In this document: in pieces, positions 19,212 through 27,310 of the stretch | Layout: every line of letters starts with the position of its first letter | Position numbering within the stretch: the stretch's first letter is position 1 | Assembly: GCA_017626305.1 (NCBI GenBank) | Contig: JAGAIW010000181.1 | Location: forward strand, 4,283-68,282 | DNA length: 64,000 bases | Direction of reading: 5' to 3' | Source: Clostridia bacterium | GTDB lineage: Bacteria; Bacillota; Clostridia; Christensenellales; Borkfalkiaceae | The notes under the pieces: generated by a model | What the model was told of the DNA's origin: nothing | Databases searched by the model: none | What the model saw: the letters and a program-made list of their open reading frames with translations, nothing else | Program-made: the position numbers and the translations under genes

Positions 19212-20327
19212 ATGAACGAAAAGTTATTTGAAAGTTACTATGCTCGTTTAGCGAAAGAAGGCTTTTTGAAAGCGCTTTTTTGGGGACTGATTGTCGGTTT
19301 TTCCGCAATGCTGATTAGCAGTTTTATTTTTTGGTTTATCGGTTTTTCCTATCCGTGGATAGCCTTTATCATTGCTGCGGTCGCTGCGGCAGGGGCAACG
19401 CCGATCTTTTACTTTGCAATATTCCGTCCTACTTCCCATGACGTGGCGTGCCGTATCGACGCGCTTGGCTTGGAAGAACGGTTTTTGACCATGCATCAGT
19501 TGGAAGGAGATAACTCCTATATCGCTATGCGTCAAAGAGAAGACGCAAAGGCGGCGTTAAAGTCCGTTTCGGCAAATTTGATTAAAATTGCCGTTTCCAT
19601 TCCGCTTGTTATCGCGGTTGCTTTTACCGCGCTTGCAGGCTCGGGTATGGCTACGGTGTCCGTTTTAGCGGCGTCGGGATATATTCCCCCCGCAAGCGAA
19701 ATCATTCCCGATCCGTTTGAACCCGAACCCGTTTTCTATGAAGTGGAATTTGTAGAAGAAGGCGAAGGCATGATTGAAGGGGATATTTTCCAACTCGTTG
19801 AAGAAGGCAAAAACATCAAAGAAGTGGTTGCCGTTCCCGACGAAGGCTGGTTCTTGTATGAATGGCATTGGGAAATCGCCGGTGAAACGTTTTCTCTTAC
19901 CGAAACGGAAGTGTTCTTCATTGAAGATATGTCCGTAGACGGGCCCTTGACGATTTACGCGACGTTTGCCGAAGCAGAAGCTGGCGACGGCGAAGGTGAA
20001 GGCGACGGCGAAGGTGCGGAAGGCGAAGAAGGGGAAGAAGAAAGCGACGAGCAAAAGCCGCAAGACCCCGAAGACGGAGAACAAAAGCAAGAAGACGGCA
20101 AGGAAAGCGAAATGCCCCCGCCTGAATCCGAAGATGAAAACGATAAGCCGCCGCAGGGCAGCAATCGTTACGACGATAAAAACCAAATCATCAATAACGA
20201 GACCTATTACGGCGACGAATACAACGACGCAAAACAGGGTGCGTTAGATGAAATGGAACAAAGTGAAGAGATTTCCGACGAAATCAAGGATATCGTCAAG
20301 GATTACTTCGACAACATTGAAAAATAA
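19212..20327 (+). CDS. membrane protein with an N-terminal TM hairpin, a third TM span, a Flg_new-like module and a highly acidic low-complexity tail; first gene of the MoxR operon
   Basis: 371-aa ORF with AAGGAG SD. Hydrophobic spans: FWGLIVGFSAMLISSFIFWFIGF, WIAFIIAAVAAAGATPIFYFAIF and IAVSIPLVIAVAFTALAGSGMATVSVLAA. A Flg_new-like segment reads FYEVEFVEEGEG...PDEGWFLYEWHW...LTIYATF. The tail reads AEAEAGDGEGEGDGEGAEGEEGEEESDEQKPQDPEDGEQKQEDGKESE. Confidence 0.75.
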   Translation: MNEKLFESYYARLAKEGFLKALFWGLIVGFSAMLISSFIFWFIGFSYPWIAFIIAAVAAAGATPIFYFAIFRPTSHDVACRIDALGLEERFLTMHQLEGDNSYIAMRQREDAKAALKSVSANLIKIAVSIPLVIAVAFTALAGSGMATVSVLAASGYIPPASEIIPDPFEPEPVFYEVEFVEEGEGMIEGDIFQLVEEGKNIKEVVAVPDEGWFLYEWHWEIAGETFSLTETEVFFIEDMSVDGPLTIYATFAEAEAGDGEGEGDGEGAEGEEGEEESDEQKPQDPEDGEQKQEDGKESEMPPPESEDENDKPPQGSNRYDDKNQIINNETYYGDEYNDAKQGALDEMEQSEEISDEIKDIVKDYFDNIEK

Positions 20328-20361
20328 AAATAAATAAAATTTTTTGGAAGGATAGATAAAA

Positions 20362-21495
20362 ATGGTAACAGAAAAAGATATCGAGCAATTTTGCGAACAA
20401 TGTAAGAACATATTCGAACAAGTTTCCCGCGACGTTATCGGTCAGAAGGAAGTTGTTGAAGGAACGATTATCGCCATGATCGCAGGCGGTAACGTCTTGT
20501 TGGAAGGTGTGCCTGGGGTTGGTAAAACCCGTTTGGTTAGAAGCTTGGGTCGCGTATTTGACCTGCCCTTCTCTCGTATTCAGTTCACGCCCGACTTGAT
20601 GCCTGCGGACGTTACGGGTACGAATATTATCGTAAAAGATGAAAACGGAAATTCTTCGTTTAACTTCCAACCCGGTCCTATTTTCAGCAACATCATTCTT
20701 GCCGACGAAATCAACCGTGCAACGCCCAAAACGCAATCCGCGCTTTTGGAAGCCATGCAAGAACACACCGTTACGGTTATGGGTGTTTCGAGAAAATTGA
20801 ACGAACCGTTCTTCGTTTTGGCTACGCAAAACCCGATCGAACAAGACGGTACGTATCCTTTGCCCGAAGCGCAAATGGACCGTTTCATGTTTAAGTTGAT
20901 CGTGCCTAACCCCAGCCTTGACGAGCTCATGCAAATTGTCGATATGACGCAAAAGACGATGGCGGAAGTTGCAGAATGTGCTTGTAACGCCGAACAGTTG
21001 TTAAGAATGAGAGAAACGGCAAATCAAATTCCCGTAGCAACGGAAGTTTTGCGCTATGCCATGATTATGACCAGCGCAACCCATCCCGACAGCGAATGTG
21101 CGTCCGAAGCGGCGAAGAAATACGTCCGCGTGGGCGCTTCGCCCCGTGCAGGACAGGCTCTCATCTCGGCGGCAAAGGTTATGGCGCTTATCAAGGGCAG
21201 ATTTAACGTTGCGTACAGCGATATCAACGAATTAGCGTTGCCTGTATTGCGCCACCGTATCAAGCTCAACTTTGAAGCGGTAGCCGAACGCGTTTCGGCG
21301 GACGACGTCGTTAAGATGATTGTCGAAGAAGTGAGCAAAAAACACAAGGGCGGTGCGGTAAAACCCGTACAACCCGTAGCAGTTGAACCCGAAGCGGAAG
21401 CGGCGGTTGCGGAAGAAAACGTTGCGCCCGAAACGACGGAAACGGCGGAAGAACAACCCAAGAAAGAAAAGCGTAAATTATTCGGGAGAAAATAA
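20362..21495 (+). CDS. moxR: MoxR-family AAA+ ATPase (AAA_3)
   Basis: 377-aa ORF with Walker A LLEGVPGVGKT, RIQFTPDLMPADVTGT, Walker B ILADEINRATPKTQSALLEAMQE and HTVTV. It carries an extra ~55-aa Pro/Glu/Ala-rich, Lys-terminated tail. Confidence 0.92.
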   Translation: MVTEKDIEQFCEQCKNIFEQVSRDVIGQKEVVEGTIIAMIAGGNVLLEGVPGVGKTRLVRSLGRVFDLPFSRIQFTPDLMPADVTGTNIIVKDENGNSSFNFQPGPIFSNIILADEINRATPKTQSALLEAMQEHTVTVMGVSRKLNEPFFVLATQNPIEQDGTYPLPEAQMDRFMFKLIVPNPSLDELMQIVDMTQKTMAEVAECACNAEQLLRMRETANQIPVATEVLRYAMIMTSATHPDSECASEAAKKYVRVGASPRAGQALISAAKVMALIKGRFNVAYSDINELALPVLRHRIKLNFEAVAERVSADDVVKMIVEEVSKKHKGGAVKPVQPVAVEPEAEAAVAEENVAPETTETAEEQPKKEKRKLFGRK

Positions 21496-22394
21496 TGAAG
21501 GGATCTTATTTGAACGACCAGTTTTTCAGTCGTTTAGAAGCGTTATCCTTAAATTTGAAATCGAACCTGTCGGGGTATTTCGGCGGCAAACATCTCGTTA
21601 GTTCTTATGGACAAACGGTGGAGTTTGCCGATTTCCGTGAGTACCAGCTTGGCGACGATATCCGCCGTATCGACTGGAATTTGTACAGTCGTTTCGAGAA
21701 GTACTTTCTTAAATTGTTTACGGACGAAAGGCAAATGCAAATTCAAATCTTTTTGGATTGCTCGGCGTCAATGGGAAAGGACGACCCGAAGAAATCGGGT
21801 TATGCATTAGCCACGGCGGCTGCGCTCGGCTTTTTGGCTGTGCAAAATATGGATAAGGCGTCTTTCCATATCATGCGCGGAGAAAAGTCGGAAAATCCGT
21901 ACGGAACGCTTATCGGTAAGAACGCGTTTTTCAGAGCTATGAGCGAGTTGGAGAACGTGCAATTTGAAGACGACGTGGACATTGAGACGTGCGTAAAAAG
22001 CTGTCCTGACACTTCGTCGCGCAACGGCTTAACCGTGATTATTTCCGACTTTTTAACGGAGAGCTCTTGGAAAAAAGCGGTAGAGTATTTGTGTTATAAA
22101 AAGCGTCAAGTACTGATGGTGCAAATATTAACCCCCGAAGAATTAGATCCTTCTTACGACGGACGCGTTAGCTTGATTGACGCGGAGTCGGTGGATTTGT
22201 CTGACGATAGAAATATGAAAATGCGAATTACTCGCAGTATGCAAAAGGCTTATCAAGAAGCCTTACGCGATTTTAAGGAAGATATAAAGACTTTCTGTTC
22301 AAAACGCAACGTAGATTTTATTTCCATTTCTACGGACGCTCCTATTGAAAGAGTGTTGTTTAACGAATTGTTGAAAGCAGGTATTATGGCATGA
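21495..22394 (+). CDS. DUF58-family protein (MoxR-associated, VWA-like fold)
   Basis: 299-aa ORF. FADFREYQLGDDIRRIDWNLYSRFEKYFLKLFTDE matches the conserved DUF58 motif. TAATG overlap with the moxR stop. Confidence 0.88.
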   Translation: MKGSYLNDQFFSRLEALSLNLKSNLSGYFGGKHLVSSYGQTVEFADFREYQLGDDIRRIDWNLYSRFEKYFLKLFTDERQMQIQIFLDCSASMGKDDPKKSGYALATAAALGFLAVQNMDKASFHIMRGEKSENPYGTLIGKNAFFRAMSELENVQFEDDVDIETCVKSCPDTSSRNGLTVIISDFLTESSWKKAVEYLCYKKRQVLMVQILTPEELDPSYDGRVSLIDAESVDLSDDRNMKMRITRSMQKAYQEALRDFKEDIKTFCSKRNVDFISISTDAPIERVLFNELLKAGIMA

Positions 22395-24373
22395 CATTAT
22401 TAGTTCCCTTAGGCTTATTAGGTCTGTTGGGCGTTGTGGCGTTGATTATTATTTACATAATCCGCCCGAACTATCAACAGAAATTTATTTCCAGTACGTA
22501 CATATGGAAATTAAGCCTTAAATATAGAAAAAAAAGAATACCGACCAGCAAACTGCGCAATATCTTATTGATATTGTGTCAGGTTTGTATTCTTTTGGCG
22601 TGTACGGCAATTTTAACAAAGCCCGTCCGCGTACTTAAAACGGTAGTTGATGAAACGGAAATCATAGCGATCATTGATTCATCCGCAAGTATGCGTTCGA
22701 AAATGGGCGAAACGTCGCGTTTCGACCGCGCTTTGTCCCTTGCGCAAGAAGACGTGGAAGACGTACTCAATAACGGCGGTATAGCGTCCGTTATTCTTGC
22801 GGAAAACCATGCGTCGTTTGTGCTTGAACGTATAACGGCGGCAGAAAAGACCGCGGTGGAAGACGTATTTGCGACTTTGTTTGAAGACGGCTGCGCATAC
22901 GGTTCGTCGGACGTAAAGGGTGCAATCGCGCTTTGCGAAGACGTGCTTTTGCAAAATCCTTCGGCGAAAATTTGTCTGTATACGGACACGGAATACGCGT
23001 ATATCCCCGAAGGGATTACCGTAGAAAACGAAAACGTAGTCGAAGAAGACGAGTGGAACGCAGCGATTTTGGACGCACGCACCGAGTTGAATAGTAACTA
23101 TCACACGTTTATCGTCGACGTAGCGTACTACGGAAATCAAACCAAGGGCGTCGAATTGACGCTTGATATCATCAATGCAAACCCCGAAGATGAAAACGGC
23201 GGGGGTATTATTACGCTTAAACATAATATCGTTTTTAATGCAACGTCGCAAAAACAAATTATTTTTATTGCGGATACGGCGTATAGCGAAATGTTTGAAG
23301 GTATCGTGATGGAAGAAGACGATAGCGTAGAATACGTTATTTTGTATGAAACGGATAAGGTCTATTCCTATAAGACGGTATATTTTTCTATCGATACGGG
23401 TGCGGATGCAATCTCTATCGATAATACCTTCAATTTATACAACGGTCAAAAAGAAATCGTAAAGGTACAGTACTCTTCGGCAGGAGCAAACCCCTTCTTC
23501 CGTGGTGTACTGCTTACTATGCAAGCGGCTTATGCAAAAAAATGGGATATCCGTATCACCGAAGTTAAGACGGGGGAAGAACCTGCAATCGAAGGGTTTG
23601 ATTTGTACGTTTACGAGCATGAAATGCCCGAAGAAACGCCCAACGACGGTTTGGTATTTTTCGTCAATCCCGATTCCGTACCTAAGGGCGCGGATTTCCG
23701 TATTGACGATTTGAGAAGAACGCTGAATAACAGCGTCGACCTTACCGAAGAGATGGAACATCCGATTTTGCGTCACGTTACCGCTTCGAATATAACGGTT
23801 AGTCAATATTCGGCAATTTCGGCAAGCGATTCTTACGAAACGTTGGTTACCTGCGACGGAAACCCCGTATTGCTTACGCGCAACGACGCGGATTGTAAGG
23901 TCGTTCTTATGCCGTTCAGTTTGCACTATTCCAACCTGCCGGTATTAAAAGACTTCCCGTTGTTGATGTGTAATATTTTTGAATATTACTTCCCTTCGAC
24001 GTTTGAAAAATCTTCTTTTGAAGTATACGAAACGGTTGAACTCAAAGCAAGGGGGGAAGAACTCACCGTCAAGCTTGGCGACCAACTCGTTTGCGAGCCG
24101 TTTACGCAATTCCCCGCAACGTTGAAATTTGATCTTCCTGGGAACTATATTTTAGAGCAAACGACGTTTACGGGCAAAGCGGTGAAAGAATATCTCTACG
24201 TAAAACTGCCCGCAGCGGAAAGTGACATTTGGCAAAAGGACGGCGTTTTGGAAAACCCGTATAAGGTAGAAGAAGAATCCGATTACTTTGAAGATTTGTT
24301 ATTCTATATCGCCATGGCGCTTGTAACGTTGCTCTTTATCGAATGGTGGCTGCAAAGCCGCGAAACGATGTAA
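22391..24373 (+). CDS. BatA_N (N-terminal double-TM) / VWA-domain membrane protein with a C-terminal TM span
   Basis: 660-aa ORF with ATGA overlap with the DUF58 stop. N-terminus MTLLVPLGLLGLLGVVALIIIYIIRPNYQQ plus a second span ILLILCQVCILLACTAILT. MIDAS-like IIAIIDSSASMRS (DxSxS). C-terminal span LLFYIAMALVTLLFIEWWL. Confidence 0.85.
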   Translation: MTLLVPLGLLGLLGVVALIIIYIIRPNYQQKFISSTYIWKLSLKYRKKRIPTSKLRNILLILCQVCILLACTAILTKPVRVLKTVVDETEIIAIIDSSASMRSKMGETSRFDRALSLAQEDVEDVLNNGGIASVILAENHASFVLERITAAEKTAVEDVFATLFEDGCAYGSSDVKGAIALCEDVLLQNPSAKICLYTDTEYAYIPEGITVENENVVEEDEWNAAILDARTELNSNYHTFIVDVAYYGNQTKGVELTLDIINANPEDENGGGIITLKHNIVFNATSQKQIIFIADTAYSEMFEGIVMEEDDSVEYVILYETDKVYSYKTVYFSIDTGADAISIDNTFNLYNGQKEIVKVQYSSAGANPFFRGVLLTMQAAYAKKWDIRITEVKTGEEPAIEGFDLYVYEHEMPEETPNDGLVFFVNPDSVPKGADFRIDDLRRTLNNSVDLTEEMEHPILRHVTASNITVSQYSAISASDSYETLVTCDGNPVLLTRNDADCKVVLMPFSLHYSNLPVLKDFPLLMCNIFEYYFPSTFEKSSFEVYETVELKARGEELTVKLGDQLVCEPFTQFPATLKFDLPGNYILEQTTFTGKAVKEYLYVKLPAAESDIWQKDGVLENPYKVEEESDYFEDLLFYIAMALVTLLFIEWWLQSRETM

Positions 24374-24385
24374 AGGAGGAAAACT

Positions 24386-27259
24386 ATGCATAATTTTAGA
24401 ATTGAGTTTTCTCATCCTTGGTTACTTTTATTGCTTATTCCCGCGCTTGCGCTTACCCTTTGGCCGTATTTCCGTTTGGCAAAGCGGTATCGCAGAACGA
24501 GAAACCGTATCACGTCTATCGTGTTACACCTTATCGTGATGGTGCTTGCCATCACCACACTTGCAGGAATCACCTTTAATTATCAGCTGAACAATCTTGA
24601 AAACGAAATACTCCTGCTTGTCGACGTATCCCAGTCCGAAGACGACGAAGACGTTGCGCAAACGCGAGATGAATTTATAGAACTCGTTTTGCAAGACAGT
24701 CAATACGACGGATTTAAAGTAGGCGTCGTTACGTTCGGGTATAATCAGGTTTATGCCGTACCTTTGACGCACGAAGTGACGGGCATTTACGACACCTATC
24801 TCGCCGCGGAAAAACCCGACGTTACCGCGACGAACTTGGCAGACGCATTGATCTATGCGAAAGATTTGTTTACAAATCCCCAAACGTCTAAAATCGTTTT
24901 AATTACGGACGGGAAAGAAACGGATAAACGCGCGGAATCGGTCATTCGTTCGATTGCTGCTGCGGGCATTAAGCTGGATACGGCGTATATTCCGTCGGAT
25001 ATTGAAGACCACGACTCGCAGATTATCGGCGTGGAATTTCCCGAATATCACATGTCGGTTGACGAAGAATATAACGTAGAAGTCAAGGTTCAAAGCAAGA
25101 AAGAAGCGACTGCGTTAATTCAAATGATGGATAACGGTTCGCAGATTGCCGTAGAAACGGTAGAGCTTATTGAAGGTTCGCAATCCATCACCTTGCCGTT
25201 TACCTTTACCGACGACGGCTTACACGAAGTAATTTTTACCATTTCCACAAGCAAGACGGAAGCAATAGACGTGAATAACGAATATTGCACGTATCATTAT
25301 TTGGAAATCTTCGATAAATTGCTCGTAATTGAAAGTACGGACGGGGAATCGACGGCGTTTGTCAATATGATTAACGCGGAAAATGATTACGAAGTAATCG
25401 TTAAAAATATAACGGCGGACGATTTGCCTAAGACGGTGGAACAGCTTCGCGGTTACGACCAAGTCGTACTGAACAATATCTCCAACAAAAACCTGACCAA
25501 AGATTGTAAAGTGGCAAACTTTGACGTCATGCTCAACGAATACGTACAGCAATACGGTGGCGGACTCTTTACTATCGGCGGTAGCCGCGATAAGTTAGAC
25601 GAAAACGGCAACGTCGTTATGGAAGACGGTGAAGTGGTAAAGGAAGCCAACGCGTATAACCGTACGGATATGGCGAATAGCTTATATCAGCAAATGCTTC
25701 CCGTGCAGGCTATCAATTATACACCGCCCGCAGGCGTCGTGTTCTGTTTGGATACGTCAGGGTCAATGGCTAGCGCTGATAACAAAGGCGTTAAGAAATT
25801 AGACTCGGCGAAAAAAGCGTTGACAAACTGTTTGCCTGCGCTTAACGATCGCGACTATATGGGGATTATTACCTTCGACGACTTCCAAGATACCGTTTTG
25901 GAAATGACCCCTTGTATTCAGCAGGATAAGATTCGCGCGGCGATTTCTTCTATTTCCAAAGCGTCGGCAAGTACGGAGTTGGAAGATAGCGTCGACAGAG
26001 CAGGTCAAATGCTGCGCGCCTTGAAAAACGTGGATAAACGCCACATTATCGTTATTTCCGACGGTTTGGCTGGCGACGCGGACGCGGTAGCCGCTCGTGT
26101 TACCGAATTATATGAAAATTCGAATATTACGTTATCCGTTGTCGGTATCGCTATGGGCGAAGGAAACGCTATGGACGGATACAAACTTGCCGAAAAAATG
26201 GCTACTGCGGGTCATGGGCGCGTAATCACGGCGACGGGTGACGCACTTACGACCGAAATGATTAAAGAGCTGAACAGTAACGAAGTAAAAGAGTTGGAAT
26301 TGACGACGTTCAATCCCACGATCAATAACATGTTCTCTCCGCTCGTAAACGGCTTGGCTCGTTTTGAAGACGAAGAAGGCGGACAAGATATCGATAAGCT
26401 TGCAGTAAGCTTAGACGGGTTCTACGGCGTAAAAGCGCGTGCAAACGCCGACTTGGTATTGACGGGCGATTACAACGTGCCTTTGTACGCACAATGGAAA
26501 TACGGCGAAGGTATGGTCGGCAGCTTTATGTGCGATCTTAGCGGCGTATGGTCCAAAGAATTTATGTCCAACGTGAACGGTCAAGAGTTTATCAAAAACG
26601 TGCTCAATAACCTAATGCCCGTTTCGAGTATTCGCTATAATGAAATTTCAGCGGAGCTGAATGAAGACAACTACACGAACGAGCTCAATATAACCTATGA
26701 AACGGAATATAAAGAAGGGGATAGGGTAGTCGGGAAGATTTATTCTTCCGAAGGCGCGGAAATCGCCGATTTGAACACCTTGTCAAGCGAAGGACCTTGC
26801 TACGTTACGCTTGCTATGACGGAAGAAAATAAGTTCAGCCGTTGCGGATTTGTACTCAAAGAAAGCGGCGTGTATAAAATCGTATTGATAAAATACGACG
26901 CAAGCGGCGCGGAAATGGGACGTTTGGAATTGTATAAATCGTTTGCGTATTCCAAAGAATACGACAGCTTTTTGATGGCAGAAGAAGAAATTACGCCGCA
27001 GGAAAAGTTGACCGCATTTGCGGAAAAGAGCGGCGGTAAAAACATTCAAAGCTTGGACGATCCTTTTGAAATATTCGAAGGCTTTATCACGGATATTGAT
27101 TTGGTATTTGACCCTAGAATGTTGTTCATGATTTTGGCAATCGTGCTCTTCTTGTTGGATATTGCCGTTAGAAAGTTCAAGTTCAAATGGCCGCACGAGC
27201 TGATTCGTCAGTATAGAGAAAAGAAGAAAGCTGAGCAGGAAAATAACGTTCAAAAATAA
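24386..27259 (+). CDS. BatA_N-like double-TM membrane protein with two VWA domains and a C-terminal TM span
   Basis: 957-aa ORF with AAGGAGG SD. N-terminal FSHPWLLLLLIPALALTLWPYF plus IVLHLIVMVLAITTLAGITF. Two MIDAS motifs, LLLVDVSQSEDD and VVFCLDTSGSMAS. C-terminal MLFMILAIVLFLLDIAV followed by a basic tail. Confidence 0.85.
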   Translation: MHNFRIEFSHPWLLLLLIPALALTLWPYFRLAKRYRRTRNRITSIVLHLIVMVLAITTLAGITFNYQLNNLENEILLLVDVSQSEDDEDVAQTRDEFIELVLQDSQYDGFKVGVVTFGYNQVYAVPLTHEVTGIYDTYLAAEKPDVTATNLADALIYAKDLFTNPQTSKIVLITDGKETDKRAESVIRSIAAAGIKLDTAYIPSDIEDHDSQIIGVEFPEYHMSVDEEYNVEVKVQSKKEATALIQMMDNGSQIAVETVELIEGSQSITLPFTFTDDGLHEVIFTISTSKTEAIDVNNEYCTYHYLEIFDKLLVIESTDGESTAFVNMINAENDYEVIVKNITADDLPKTVEQLRGYDQVVLNNISNKNLTKDCKVANFDVMLNEYVQQYGGGLFTIGGSRDKLDENGNVVMEDGEVVKEANAYNRTDMANSLYQQMLPVQAINYTPPAGVVFCLDTSGSMASADNKGVKKLDSAKKALTNCLPALNDRDYMGIITFDDFQDTVLEMTPCIQQDKIRAAISSISKASASTELEDSVDRAGQMLRALKNVDKRHIIVISDGLAGDADAVAARVTELYENSNITLSVVGIAMGEGNAMDGYKLAEKMATAGHGRVITATGDALTTEMIKELNSNEVKELELTTFNPTINNMFSPLVNGLARFEDEEGGQDIDKLAVSLDGFYGVKARANADLVLTGDYNVPLYAQWKYGEGMVGSFMCDLSGVWSKEFMSNVNGQEFIKNVLNNLMPVSSIRYNEISAELNEDNYTNELNITYETEYKEGDRVVGKIYSSEGAEIADLNTLSSEGPCYVTLAMTEENKFSRCGFVLKESGVYKIVLIKYDASGAEMGRLELYKSFAYSKEYDSFLMAEEEITPQEKLTAFAEKSGGKNIQSLDDPFEIFEGFITDIDLVFDPRMLFMILAIVLFLLDIAVRKFKFKWPHELIRQYREKKKAEQENNVQK

Positions 27260-27310
27260 TTTTTCAAACCTTGTAAAGCTTGGGTAAACACCCAAGCTTC
27301 GGGAGATATT

